DNA of 64,000 nucleotides, taken from a virus. The position numbers and the translations under genes are program-made. The stretch is from positions 1-64,000 of the IMG/VR virus record IMGVR_UViG_3300022752_000024; one strand, given 5' to 3'. The number at the start of each line of letters is the position of its first letter. The first letter of the stretch is position 1. The notes beneath the pieces are model-generated. The model did not search any database and was not told the origin of the DNA. It saw only the letters and a program-made list of their open reading frames with translations. Positions 1 through 10,153 of the stretch are shown here, in pieces.

Positions 1-567
1 AATACAACCATCGTCACTTAGTGTTGATTTGCACTTTTCTAAAAAGTCTTTAGGATATGTATTATGTGCAAAAACATTTTGTGCAATGATTACATCAAAT
101 TTCGTGTTGAGTTTGTTTATACTGTCACTAGTAAGATAATCACAAACTATGTTATGATTTTTTGAACTTAAATGATAAAGGTTTTCTGCTGGATCAATCC
201 CGTGAGTATTATATCCACACTTCTTATATGAATCTAGCTGAGTTCCATCATTACATGCAATATCTAAAACATTTTTTCCTTTAGTGTATTGACTAGTAAA
301 GGACACAAACCAATCAAAATATTCTTTTAATGTTTTTGTGGTACCACTAACATACAAATAGTTCTTAAACAATAAATCAGGATTAACAGAATGAGTTAAT
401 TGTATGTGGGTACAATCTACACAATAGTTAATACCTAAGGGAAATAAATCTTCATTTTCGTTTTTGTCTTTAAGATAACTATTTGCTAAAGGTTGTTCAT
501 TCAAATCTAAAACCATTTTTAAATTAGAACCATCACAACATAAACACTTTTCAATTTTTTTGTACAT
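1..567 (-). CDS. NDP-hexose C-methyltransferase-like protein (3' end runs off the window)
   Basis: Not in ORF track; read by hand from ATG at 567: MYKKIEKCLCCDGSNL..LDLNEQPLANSY..YCVDCTHIQL (Zn-binding CxxC pairs), VLDIACNDG (SAM motif), FDVIIAQNVFAH. Confidence 0.85.
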   Translation of the reverse strand, partial: MYKKIEKCLCCDGSNLKMVLDLNEQPLANSYLKDKNENEDLFPLGINYCVDCTHIQLTHSVNPDLLFKNYLYVSGTTKTLKEYFDWFVSFTSQYTKGKNVLDIACNDGTQLDSYKKCGYNTHGIDPAENLYHLSSKNHNIVCDYLTSDSINKLNTKFDVIIAQNVFAHNTYPKDFLEKCKSTLSDDGCI

Positions 568-1276
568 ATTCACCACATAGTTTTTTAAACTCACCTTTAA
601 TATCCTCATTAAGTCTAAAATGAGAACCCGCAAAATAATGCATTCCTACCACTTGACCAAACTCATTTCTGTAAATTTGTTTTGTGTTTACTTCTATATT
701 GTCAATCTTCCATCCAATAACCTTTGTATTGTTATCTAGTATGTGTTTTCTGAATCTCCAGCCAGTTTCAATAAAAGAACTTCCAAAATCAACCTCATGT
801 CTATCTACTATCCAAGTATATTTTCTTGCAAATTCAGTTTTGCAAAAATAACAAAAGACGCATGGAATATTATTGAATTTATCTGGATGTCTTTCTCTGA
901 AAGATTTATCACCAAACTCCGATCCTATTGCCTCATATCCTTCGTCAATTCTTTCTTTTACATAATTGTATATATTTTGATCAAGAATAAAGTAATCTGA
1001 ATCAAGAATACAAACAATGTCAGACTCGACAAAAGTTAGACCATAATCAATAGCGGCACCATGAGAAACACCATCAAATTCATTTACGCTATTGCGATAA
1101 ACGATAAGTTCGTTTTCTCTCGCAACAATAGGTTTCTTTTCGTGATCTGGAGTATTGTCAACTATAATTAAACGATAATTACTATTAAATTCTTCAAATA
1201 ATTCTCTCTGAATATCTAAGAGATCATAGTTTCTGAATATAACAATGACGTAATCTATTCTATCCTGTGTAGTCAA
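551..1276 (-). CDS. GT-A fold glycosyltransferase (GT2-like)
   Basis: LIIVDN, HGAAIDYG and ILDSD (DxD) motifs; likely TTG start at 1276 behind GAGAG. Confidence 0.7.
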   Translation of the reverse strand: MTTQDRIDYVIVIFRNYDLLDIQRELFEEFNSNYRLIIVDNTPDHEKKPIVARENELIVYRNSVNEFDGVSHGAAIDYGLTFVESDIVCILDSDYFILDQNIYNYVKERIDEGYEAIGSEFGDKSFRERHPDKFNNIPCVFCYFCKTEFARKYTWIVDRHEVDFGSSFIETGWRFRKHILDNNTKVIGWKIDNIEVNTKQIYRNEFGQVVGMHYFAGSHFRLNEDIKGEFKKLCGEYVQKN

Positions 1277-2153
1277 AATATCTGTCTCTCGCAACAATAA
1301 TTGGATTCCTATTTTTATAACAGTCAATCACATCTTCAATGATCGACTCTACTGTTTCTTTAAATTCAAAATTATATACCTGTTCAAATTTAGCCGTGTC
1401 TGTATTGAAATCATAGATACCATTATACTCTCCTTTATCTATAATGTCAACATTTGTATGAATCTTAACCAATTTGGAGATTTTATCTACCGTTGAGTTG
1501 AATGATGCGAGATTGTATATTCCAGAATAAAATTCTCCAACAATAACTCTATACATAGCTCTGCTCAAATCCTTGACAGAAAGTAATGGTCTAGAAACAT
1601 GTTTGTTATTGACACTAATAACACCATCCGTTAATGCAGAATGTACCATAGAATTGATCATTAAATCTCGTCTAATGACTGGTGATCCACCATTAACGGT
1701 ACCAAATCTAAATCCTATAATTTTTCTTCCTCGATTTAATTGTTCTTTGGCAATTAAGTCTAATGATATTTTTGTCAGATCATAATTGTTTACAAATTCG
1801 AGTGAAAAATCATTTTCATTAAAAATTTTTCCGCCTTTATTTCCATAAACTGATGAACTACTTGCGTAAATGATTTTTTGATCATTATTTGTTTTTTCAA
1901 TAAGATTAGAAAAATTTCTGACGTTATTATTCCAAGGAGATTTCAATTCTCCAATACAAGATAGAACACTAGAATTGCCAGCAAGAAGAATGATATATTC
2001 ATATTTTTGTAAATAATCAACGGATAAAAGATTGTAGTCGTTTTGTCTATTTCCACATACATCTACTTCAATTTCATTGTTAGTAAGATAACGTGAAAGA
2101 TATGATCCAATATATCCTTCACCTCCAATAATTAATGTTTTTAATTTTTTCAT
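1260..2153 (-). CDS. NAD-dependent nucleotide-sugar epimerase/dehydratase
   Basis: GGEGYIG Rossmann motif, ASSSSVYG, YDLTK (YxxxK), FRFGTVNG; start moved to MKKLKT. Confidence 0.9.
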   Translation of the reverse strand: MKKLKTLIIGGEGYIGSYLSRYLTNNEIEVDVCGNRQNDYNLLSVDYLQKYEYIILLAGNSSVLSCIGELKSPWNNNVRNFSNLIEKTNNDQKIIYASSSSVYGNKGGKIFNENDFSLEFVNNYDLTKISLDLIAKEQLNRGRKIIGFRFGTVNGGSPVIRRDLMINSMVHSALTDGVISVNNKHVSRPLLSVKDLSRAMYRVIVGEFYSGIYNLASFNSTVDKISKLVKIHTNVDIIDKGEYNGIYDFNTDTAKFEQVYNFEFKETVESIIEDVIDCYKNRNPIIVARDRYFDYTG

Positions 2154-2875
2154 GGTATAATAGGTACTATGCAATGTGGAAGGTTACGATCACCAAATAT
2201 TCTAATATCGTTGATGTTGCAATTGATATTGTGTGGTGTTGAATACTTATCTAGTATATCACGCATTCCATATCCAGATTTAGTAAAGTAATCAAGGAAT
2301 CTCATTTGTGTATCCCATGCATCTTGAAGTCTGGTTGAATCGTGAACAAAAAATAGTTCACCGTGTTCTTCTAGAACCTTTTTGCATATGTCTGCACGAA
2401 TGATTGAATTTGGACATGATGAACAGAATTTACCTGGCTCATATTCATCTACAAAAGTAGAAACAAAAGGATATTCTATCGTGCAACGTTCCACAAAATG
2501 CTCATAAAAATTTGGCTCAAGAGGAATAGAATCATCTTCAATCAAAAAGAAGTAATCAAAATCATTTAGATTCTTCTTTATCATATCTCTCCACGCACCA
2601 TATGAATAACCACTATTTTTTCTAAAAACTACTTCAGCATCCATAGTTTTAATTTGCGATACTGTTTCAGTAGCAAGAAGCTTCAGTTCATCGCTGATAT
2701 CATCATTAAAAACAAATGTTGCTCTTTGAATAGGAGTATCTACGCAACGATTTAAAAAATCAACCTGGGTTCTAGCGAAGAACATAGGATCATTTTTAAA
2801 CTTCTCTTGATAACTAGCGTAATCTCTATTTGGACCAATATAAATCACAGGTATATAATTAATTGTATAGCTCAT
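2150..2875 (-). CDS. putative glycosyltransferase-like protein
   Basis: NSGYSYGAW and FFLIEDD motifs typical of GT-A-like proteins; located in the sugar cluster. Confidence 0.55.
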   Translation of the reverse strand: MSYTINYIPVIYIGPNRDYASYQEKFKNDPMFFARTQVDFLNRCVDTPIQRATFVFNDDISDELKLLATETVSQIKTMDAEVVFRKNSGYSYGAWRDMIKKNLNDFDYFFLIEDDSIPLEPNFYEHFVERCTIEYPFVSTFVDEYEPGKFCSSCPNSIIRADICKKVLEEHGELFFVHDSTRLQDAWDTQMRFLDYFTKSGYGMRDILDKYSTPHNINCNINDIRIFGDRNLPHCIVPIIP

Positions 2876-2885
2876 AATATTTTCC

Positions 2886-3551
2886 TTAATCTTTCTGATA
2901 ACGACCGTGTAGTGCAACTATTCCTTCAACCCATATATTATCAAATTCAACAACATCGTCTTTATTTAGGTACTTGTAATATGCATGTTCAATGTCAAAT
3001 CTTCCATCGCAGGATTCAAAAAAATTTTTGAATTTACTCAAATAATCATTAACATTACTATTATGCATTGACCATAATCTTGTTTCATATATTCTTAATT
3101 CTGGTGATATCCAAGATTGAACTGATTTTTTAAAAACATATTTGCCTACAGTTCTTTCGTCGTATTCATCAAAATTAAATTCTTCTGTGATGTTGTGTCT
3201 TCCCGACAATTTAAAAATTCTATTATACTCGTTCAAATTTATATTGTTGGTAATATATTCTAAAGCACCTTTGAATAATAAAAGTTCAGCATGGCTTTTA
3301 TATCCTAGATTACTCAAATCAAATATATTTTTATCATTCTGTGAATCAATAAAAACATCAACCAAATCCGCTATTTGTTTTTTGTATTCATCGGCATTAA
3401 AGACTGATATGTCATTCAATAAAATCTTGCAGTTAGGTATTTTATTTCTTACAGTCTTAATGCTATGTACAGTTTGATTGAATCTATCTTCAATTGGAAC
3501 AACACCTACTCTAGGATATATAGCCGAAGTTATTATGCAAATATTCTTCAT
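2886..3551 (-). CDS. hypothetical protein, possibly glycosyltransferase-like
   Basis: 221-aa ORF with IITSAI and IFKLSGR motifs; sugar-cluster context. Confidence 0.5.
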   Translation of the reverse strand: MKNICIITSAIYPRVGVVPIEDRFNQTVHSIKTVRNKIPNCKILLNDISVFNADEYKKQIADLVDVFIDSQNDKNIFDLSNLGYKSHAELLLFKGALEYITNNINLNEYNRIFKLSGRHNITEEFNFDEYDERTVGKYVFKKSVQSWISPELRIYETRLWSMHNSNVNDYLSKFKNFFESCDGRFDIEHAYYKYLNKDDVVEFDNIWVEGIVALHGRYQKD

Positions 3552-4096
3552 TCTTTATAGAGCATCCACGAATCATTTCTAAGAAGTTTTAATTTTTCTT
3601 CCGGTATATTCTTTTCTAATAAAAACTGTTTCAACTCTGATGATACACTAGGCAGTGAATAATCATGTCCTGCAAATATTCCACCAACTTTGACTTTATC
3701 GTAATAGTTTCTTAAATCATTCCTAACATATTCTTGGCTATGATTACCATCAATAAAAATAAAATCAAGAAAACCATCTTCAATGGTTGATGCAGCATCA
3801 TCTGAAGTCATTATTCGTATCTCTGCTCGATCTCCTGCGCCAATAAGTTCAAGATTTCGAAAAGTAACTTCTTTAAAATTGTCAGTCATTCCTTGACTGA
3901 CGGAACCAGCATAATCATTATATTGAATATATGGATCAATGCCAATTAGTTTTTGAATATTATCACAGATTTCTAACATGTGACAATAATTTTCACCATG
4001 ACAAACACCAATTTCACAACCTACAATATTATCACCCAACTGTTTAATATAATCATTTAATTCATTTGAAGGCAAACTTTCTTTATTGAATAGCAT
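3548..4096 (-). CDS. class I SAM-dependent methyltransferase (Methyltransf_24-like, sugar O-methyltransferase type)
   Basis: CEIGV..G, GIDPY, DFIFIDGNH and GGIFAGHDY motifs. Confidence 0.85.
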   Translation of the reverse strand: MLFNKESLPSNELNDYIKQLGDNIVGCEIGVCHGENYCHMLEICDNIQKLIGIDPYIQYNDYAGSVSQGMTDNFKEVTFRNLELIGAGDRAEIRIMTSDDAASTIEDGFLDFIFIDGNHSQEYVRNDLRNYYDKVKVGGIFAGHDYSLPSVSSELKQFLLEKNIPEEKLKLLRNDSWMLYKE

Positions 4097-4101
4097 TTGA
4101 T

Positions 4102-5181
4102 TTAACCTTTATATTCGTTTAATGTATTTACAACGTGTTTTAAATCTTCATTGCTTAACCACCATCCATTTGGAATGCAAATGTGTGTCTTATCAAAACT
4201 TGTAACTCCAGGCAAGTCCTTTTCTTTAAATTTCAATGTGCAATCGTACATATCATTTCTGTAATGAACTGGACTTGATGCTATTCCTTTAGCTTCAAGA
4301 TAATTGGTAAATTGATGTTTTTGATTGTTCTTAACATGCATACTGAATAACCAGAAAGAGCAAGTTTCATCCCATGCAGGCATGATTAAATTATCATTCT
4401 TCACATTATCGATAATATATTTTGAATTATTTCTATGCTTCAAAACAGAATCATTTGCTGGCTCAAGATTACACAAACCAATAGTAGCATTAATATCATT
4501 CATATGATACTTATAACCAGCTTGAGTGATATTTTGTGTGCATCGGAAAGATTGTCCTTTTGTTCTATCAAGACCAAACCAACGAAGAATTCTTGCCTCA
4601 TTTTCTTTTTCTACTGTCGGACAAATAAGAACACCACCATCGCCGCTAGTTAAGAGTTTAATTGCTTGTAGACTATAACAAACATAATCTCCACGTTCTA
4701 CCGGTTCTTTTAAGAAAGTATCCCACGTATGTGCAGCATCTTCAATAACAGGAACACCAAAGCTTTTTAATTGTTGGTAATCACAAAATCTTCCTGCCCA
4801 ATTAACAGCAATAATTGCTTTTGTTTTCTTTGTGATTAATTTTTCTACTGATTTAGGATCTATCAATCCAGTAATTGGATCAATATCTGCCCAACGAATT
4901 CTAGCTCCTCGATGAATTGCGCCAATCTGTGATGCAAAACAAGTTTGCGGAGTAGAAATCACTTCATCGCCAGAACCAACATCACACAGGTGTAAGGCAA
5001 GATCGATAGCGGTAGTACATGAGTTGAGGGTTACTGGTCTTGTTTTTGTTTTTAGTTGTTGATGTAGTGCATTTTCAAATAACTCAACTTTGGGACCTTG
5101 ACCAATGAATCCTGACTGAAGAACACTACCAAGTTCTTCATTTACTTCAGGAGACATTCTTACTTTAAATAACGGAATCAT
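4102..5181 (-). CDS. DegT/DnrJ/EryC1/StrS PLP-dependent sugar aminotransferase
   Basis: NSCTTAIDLAL, VIEDAAH and SLQAIKLLTSGDGG (PLP lysine) motifs. Confidence 0.95.
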   Translation of the reverse strand: MIPLFKVRMSPEVNEELGSVLQSGFIGQGPKVELFENALHQQLKTKTRPVTLNSCTTAIDLALHLCDVGSGDEVISTPQTCFASQIGAIHRGARIRWADIDPITGLIDPKSVEKLITKKTKAIIAVNWAGRFCDYQQLKSFGVPVIEDAAHTWDTFLKEPVERGDYVCYSLQAIKLLTSGDGGVLICPTVEKENEARILRWFGLDRTKGQSFRCTQNITQAGYKYHMNDINATIGLCNLEPANDSVLKHRNNSKYIIDNVKNDNLIMPAWDETCSFWLFSMHVKNNQKHQFTNYLEAKGIASSPVHYRNDMYDCTLKFKEKDLPGVTSFDKTHICIPNGWWLSNEDLKHVVNTLNEYKG

Positions 5182-5644
5182 AATTATACTCCATGGTTAT
5201 AAGTTTACCATCATCATTTATAAGTTTAAAGCCTAGTTTAGTATAAACAGAAAATGCGACAGAATTTGTTTTTAGTACTTCTAATTTTATTGGAAGATTG
5301 TAGTTTTTGGAATTTTGAATTAGAAAATGAAATAGAAATTGTCCATGACCTTTTCCTCTTTCAGACTCAGTTAATCCTCCACTCAATAGAACATGATCAT
5401 CTTCTATTCTTATGTATCCGTAACCAATAGCATCAGCTACGACACCATGATAAATTTTATGTAGTAAAAATAATTTATTTTTATCTTTGTTAACGTTAAA
5501 ATACCAATTTATTTGTTGCTCTTGTGAAATTTCTTCTGTGCTTCTAGTCATGAAATTCCTACATTCATTTCTTATTAACCTCAGATTTTCTACATCTTTG
5601 TCTGAAATGACTGGAACAAAAACTAAGTCACCTTCGTGCACCAT
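5165..5644 (-). CDS. GNAT N-acetyltransferase (PseH-like sugar acetyltransferase)
   Basis: ERGKGHG acetyl-CoA motif and LEVLKTNSVAFSVYTKLGF; overlaps the aminotransferase gene. Confidence 0.85.
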   Translation of the reverse strand: MVHEGDLVFVPVISDKDVENLRLIRNECRNFMTRSTEEISQEQQINWYFNVNKDKNKLFLLHKIYHGVVADAIGYGYIRIEDDHVLLSGGLTESERGKGHGQFLFHFLIQNSKNYNLPIKLEVLKTNSVAFSVYTKLGFKLINDDGKLITMEYNYDSVI

Positions 5645-5652
5645 ATTATCTC

Positions 5653-6486
5653 CTATATTTTATAAACAAAAAATAAACTATCATCTTCTTGTTCATATTT
5701 TTCTTGCACAAATTTTTTCCATTCTGGTACACGATCATATTGATGAACAATCGAATAAGGCTTATCATCATAATAAATGACGCCATCTCTTACTGTTGGC
5801 TCTTTGCATAATAGATTTGGTCTAAATTCAGATATTTTAGATGGATCTACAACAGTACCTGCTTCACATGCCCAATCAATTGTCTGCAAAACAATATCTT
5901 TGTATGGTTGTGTGTTGATAAGTACATTAAATACTGCTTGATCACAAATGGAAATAGGTCTATTAATTGCATTAGTGAATATATTAAATGCCATATCTTT
6001 TACGTATTCGGATTTTCCACCAAAAGTTCCAACATTAAAAATTTGATTATTTTTAAACTTTTCATGAACATATGGTCCATATGCTTGCATGAGATTGTCA
6101 TTTCCCCATGGCTCATCCTTATACTTCAAACCTTCTGAGGCAATAACCAATGCTGCATCACCAACAAAAACAGAAAATGGATCTGTTTGAAAGTAAACAT
6201 CTTTTACATCAGTCGTGACAACATAATCATATTTTTCCCAATGTTGTGTAAGAAATTCATAGATCGATAAGAATCGTAAAACATGAATAGGAATATTGTG
6301 CATTTGCACCATAGGAAAAACAATAACGCCTTGTTCTTTTAACCAGTCTGTCGTTTCTTTTGTTACATTGTCTACGACCAAAACCACATCGTTATCACCA
6401 GCAACTTCTTTTGCTGATATAACCCACGGCTTTAGTCGATTGATACCGTAGTTTGTAAATCCACCAATAATTAAATTTTTTGCCAC
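5653..6486 (-). CDS. putative glycosyltransferase (GT-A-like)
   Basis: VVTTDVKDVYFQTDPF (DxxD), DQAVFN and HQYDR motifs. Confidence 0.65.
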   Translation of the reverse strand: MAKNLIIGGFTNYGINRLKPWVISAKEVAGDNDVVLVVDNVTKETTDWLKEQGVIVFPMVQMHNIPIHVLRFLSIYEFLTQHWEKYDYVVTTDVKDVYFQTDPFSVFVGDAALVIASEGLKYKDEPWGNDNLMQAYGPYVHEKFKNNQIFNVGTFGGKSEYVKDMAFNIFTNAINRPISICDQAVFNVLINTQPYKDIVLQTIDWACEAGTVVDPSKISEFRPNLLCKEPTVRDGVIYYDDKPYSIVHQYDRVPEWKKFVQEKYEQEDDSLFFVYKI

Positions 6487-7181
6487 GGAAAATCTCCTCT
6501 ACATTTTTCATTCATTATTTTGTTTCCATTCTCAAAAAATTCTTTAGTAACCGAACCTTCGTTTCCAGCTAATCGATAATTTACAGAATATTGTTTTGTG
6601 CAATCCCACTTTTGAAAATTTTGTGCAATTACTGAAAGAAACACTCTATCTTGACCCCAACCGCCATGCCATACTGATGCTAATTTTATCATAATTTCTT
6701 TGGGAACGCAATAGCTATTTGTATCAATATGATTTGCGCCATGATAAGTTTGCCATCTACCTAGACTTTCACAGTCATCATTGCAAATGAAGTTGCCGTG
6801 TTTATCACATATTTTTCTTAACGAATAGCACCAATCTAAATTATTATTTTTTATTGTTTCGACACACGATAAAACATGTTGTTTTTCGAACCAACAATCT
6901 TGATCCAAAAAAAGAACATAATCTTCGTTGATTAGGTGAGAGAATGCTGCGTAGATTCTATGACCATAGAATCCATTAGCTCCCACGTTTTCAGGAAGGT
7001 AACATACTTTAAAATTTGGATTTCCTAGATAGTTGTCGGCAATAGCTTTTACTTTGCCTCTGTATTGATCACCGTCGCATACCAAGTAGCACTTAGTCTG
7101 ATATGATTGATTTAACACACTCTCAATAGCAATACGAACTTCGGGTGCACCCGTAGTAGGTACAATAACAACAGCACTCAT
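6471..7181 (-). CDS. glycosyltransferase family 2
   Basis: IVPTTG..AIESVLNQSY, LVCDG and FLDQD motifs. Confidence 0.9.
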   Translation of the reverse strand: MSAVVIVPTTGAPEVRIAIESVLNQSYQTKCYLVCDGDQYRGKVKAIADNYLGNPNFKVCYLPENVGANGFYGHRIYAAFSHLINEDYVLFLDQDCWFEKQHVLSCVETIKNNNLDWCYSLRKICDKHGNFICNDDCESLGRWQTYHGANHIDTNSYCVPKEIMIKLASVWHGGWGQDRVFLSVIAQNFQKWDCTKQYSVNYRLAGNEGSVTKEFFENGNKIMNEKCRGDFPWQKI

Positions 7182-7191
7182 AATTTCTCCA

Positions 7192-7428
7192 TTATTTATC
7201 GCTTATACAATATCCACCTTTGAATTTATAAACACCAGAGAACATATTTACTTGTTCATATATTTCATTTTCATGGCACTTATATGGATCTTTAAAATTT
7301 ATTGTAGCATAATATATGCCATAACCTACACCAGCCAGTATCATAATAATTGGAATATATTTGAGATATTTTACAATCTCAGGCATCATACCTAATAGTT
7401 TAGGTAATATCTCCAATAGTTGTTTCAT
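7192..7428 (-). CDS. small membrane protein
   Basis: 78 aa with one hydrophobic helix (IPIIMILAGVGYGIYY). Confidence 0.6.
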   Translation of the reverse strand: MKQLLEILPKLLGMMPEIVKYLKYIPIIMILAGVGYGIYYATINFKDPYKCHENEIYEQVNMFSGVYKFKGGYCISDK

Positions 7429-7447
7429 TTCTTATCTTTACAGTCTA

Positions 7448-7726
7448 TCATTCTCTTGTTAGTTTAAGTATCTTCTCTATTTGTTTCTCTATGATAGGTT
7501 TACGATTAGGCCAGTAGATGTATTCTTTATCCGCAGTTTGATATAATTTTTGCAAAAATGGAATAATTAATTTTTCTACTTCATTTAATCTTGTTTTATA
7601 ATCATCTGCCGTTTCTGCTGTTTTGTTTATAATTGAATTATATTCTTCTTCAGATACAGCAGAAAAACCAAAATCGTTAGCATCATCTTGATATTTGTCA
7701 AATATGTTTTGTAGATTAATACTCAT
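7448..7726 (-). CDS. hypothetical protein
   Basis: 92-aa ORF coupled to the upstream gene by ATGA overlap. Confidence 0.65.
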   Translation of the reverse strand: MSINLQNIFDKYQDDANDFGFSAVSEEEYNSIINKTAETADDYKTRLNEVEKLIIPFLQKLYQTADKEYIYWPNRKPIIEKQIEKILKLTRE

Positions 7727-8445
7727 TTAATAGACCTAGCTTTCAATGCTTTTAAATAGTCTTTATCGTCCAAATCTGCATCTGATTTCGTGAGAGTACC
7801 TTTTACTGCTTGGATAGCTGTCGTAAAACGATAATTATATATTGGTGTACTTCCGCCACGTTTTAATCTTATACGTAATTTTAATTGCAGATCAAACTCT
7901 GGAACTCCTAATTTTGCCTTATCTCTTCCCATGTAATATAATCCATAACCACCTATTTGTATATAATATGTGTCTTTTGAATTATAATATTTTGCTACAC
8001 TATCATTTGGAATGTTTATAAATTTATCTTTAAAATTTTTATAATCATAATCAACATCTGTTTTTTTAAATTGACTAGGTGAAACTATGAATTTTCTTGG
8101 TGGATTTGGACCCCACTCTCTTGTCACAATTTTTGTCACTCCAATAGCAGTTAAAAACTCTCTCATTTGTTCTGCTGAAGCTGTTTTAGCTCCACCAAGA
8201 ATCCAACCTTTTCCTTTTTTATTTAGAGTTCCTAAATCATAATCTAAAGAACCTTGCCCAAAATCTACATTTAAGTCCAATTTCACTTCAACTTTGTAAT
8301 CTTGACCTTGATATGTGATTTGAGCATCTGGAGCATTTGAATCTGATCCTGCAGGTTGAAATGATTTTTTCTGTACTCCTGCTTTTTTCAGATTATCATT
8401 TAAGGTTCTCTCGTAAAGAATACCTTTATTTTCTGATGCTGCCAT
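7723..8445 (-). CDS. PD-(D/E)XK restriction-endonuclease-like nuclease
   Basis: GILYE..PDAQITYQGQDYKVEVK fits E..PD..ExK; GGAGG SD; late promoter directly upstream. Confidence 0.6.
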   Translation of the reverse strand: MAASENKGILYERTLNDNLKKAGVQKKSFQPAGSDSNAPDAQITYQGQDYKVEVKLDLNVDFGQGSLDYDLGTLNKKGKGWILGGAKTASAEQMREFLTAIGVTKIVTREWGPNPPRKFIVSPSQFKKTDVDYDYKNFKDKFINIPNDSVAKYYNSKDTYYIQIGGYGLYYMGRDKAKLGVPEFDLQLKLRIRLKRGGSTPIYNYRFTTAIQAVKGTLTKSDADLDDKDYLKALKARSIK

Positions 8446-8466
8446 AGTTCCTCCAAGTTATTGGAC

Positions 8467-8474
8467 TATTTATA
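8467..8474 (-). promoter_or_regulatory. T4-type late promoter (TATAAATA) ahead of the nuclease and sugar island
   Basis: Exact TATAAATA on minus strand overlapping the gp41 stop. Confidence 0.65.
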
Positions 8475-9873
8475 CTTTAAAACCTGCAAATTTTTTCTTT
8501 GTGTTTTTGGGTTGTTCACGATCACCAAAAGAATTTAATGGCTTATTATCTATTTTTCCAGCATCTACGATACCATCTTGAGCAGATTGCTCAACGTCAA
8601 ACAGTCTCATTTTTGCTCTATCAATACCTAAAGCAAATCTCTTATGTGTTGTGGGATCAGAATATCTATTCTTCAACTGTTTGACCATGATCTGACCAAG
8701 TGCTTCAAGTTCTTCTGAAGTAATCAATGCAAACATCAAGTCTGCTGTAGCGGGCAAACCAAAAGACTCACTCGTATCTTCGAGTCCTGGGTCGGAACTT
8801 GTAAAACCACTTCTCGTTGTTTGTGTAGCAGATACAATTGGTACTGAGAATTCAACGGCAAGACCTCGCAGTTCTTCTGCGATGGCTTTAACATAAGTGT
8901 AGCTGTTGACATTTGCTCCGGCTTTGACTCTAGCGGAGGAACAAATATTAAGATAATCAATAAAAATAATATCAGGAAGAAAATTTTTCTTGAGATGGAG
9001 TTCATTAAGTAGAGTTCTAAAGTGAATTGTTGAGGCAGATGCGGTTGGATATTCTTTAATGATTAATTTTCCAGTAGTATTTGTTCTAACTCTCTGAACT
9101 TTTTTATCATACATCTCTTTCGATAGTAGCATCAGATCGTCAACAGTAACATTTAAGAGATTTGCATCAATTCGTTCTGCAATTTTTTCTTCTGCCATCT
9201 CTAAGGTAATATAGAGAACATTCTTTCCTTGAACCATACAACCTGCTGCAACATGACACATAAACAATGACTTACCAACACCAGTGCCTGCAAGAGCAAT
9301 ATTGAGAGTCTTGATTGGAAGTCCGCCTTTTGTGATTTTGTTGAAATACTCTAGATCAAAAGGAATGCGTTCTTCTTTTCTATGATAGAATTCGTATCGA
9401 TCATCTGCATTTTCTAGATAATCATGACCCACGTTAGTATCGAATCCAACAGCAAGAGCATCTGCAAGAATTTTAGGAATTGCACCTTTGTCTTGAGTCT
9501 TATCTTTACCATCAAGAATAGAAATTGATCCAAGGACAGCATTGTAAATAGCTCTCTCTTGACAGAATTGTTCTGTCTTGTCGATCAGCCATTGTACCTT
9601 AGTGTCCTCAGATTTATTCTGTTCGATTTCTTTTACATATTCCTCACAACGACTTAATTCATCACTCGTTAAATTTTTTCTTTCTCTAAGGGCGATGATT
9701 AAGGTTTCAAAGTTTGGTGTAGTGTTATATGAGTTAACAAAATTTGCAACTTCATCAAATAGAGTCTTCTCTGTTCTGTCCGAAAAGTATTCTGGTTTTA
9801 TGAAAGGAATAACTTTACGTAGATATTCTTCATTGTGTACCAGGTTGGTCAATATCGTCTGTTCCAGCTTCAT
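8470..9873 (-). CDS. gp41: replicative DNA helicase
   Basis: ALAGTGVGKS Walker A, YITLEMAE, IDYLNI, SATQTTR, SESFGLP. Confidence 0.97.
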   Translation of the reverse strand: MKLEQTILTNLVHNEEYLRKVIPFIKPEYFSDRTEKTLFDEVANFVNSYNTTPNFETLIIALRERKNLTSDELSRCEEYVKEIEQNKSEDTKVQWLIDKTEQFCQERAIYNAVLGSISILDGKDKTQDKGAIPKILADALAVGFDTNVGHDYLENADDRYEFYHRKEERIPFDLEYFNKITKGGLPIKTLNIALAGTGVGKSLFMCHVAAGCMVQGKNVLYITLEMAEEKIAERIDANLLNVTVDDLMLLSKEMYDKKVQRVRTNTTGKLIIKEYPTASASTIHFRTLLNELHLKKNFLPDIIFIDYLNICSSARVKAGANVNSYTYVKAIAEELRGLAVEFSVPIVSATQTTRSGFTSSDPGLEDTSESFGLPATADLMFALITSEELEALGQIMVKQLKNRYSDPTTHKRFALGIDRAKMRLFDVEQSAQDGIVDAGKIDNKPLNSFGDREQPKNTKKKFAGFKV

Positions 9874-10153
9874 CAATTATGTCCTGTTCAAGGTTGCCTG
9901 ACATGATCTGCACCAATAGATCACCAATATTATTTTTAAATTTGGTATCTTTCTCCAACTCTTTAGGTGTACTAACTTCAGATTCTAACACATCATAAGC
10001 AAAAAGTAAATACATTTCTCCGTTTTTTTCTTCAAATTTTACTTTACCATATTTGAAAACAGTATCAGCATATTCACCAGTAAGTAGTCGAACATGAACC
10101 GTTTGTTCTTCATCTTTTGGATATATGAAACAGTAGTCTATTCCTTCAGTCAT
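9830..10153 (-). CDS. gp40-like protein (head vertex assembly chaperone position)
   Basis: 107-aa acidic ORF between uvsX and gp41, as in T4. Confidence 0.55.
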   Translation of the reverse strand: MTEGIDYCFIYPKDEEQTVHVRLLTGEYADTVFKYGKVKFEEKNGEMYLLFAYDVLESEVSTPKELEKDTKFKNNIGDLLVQIMSGNLEQDIIDEAGTDDIDQPGTQ

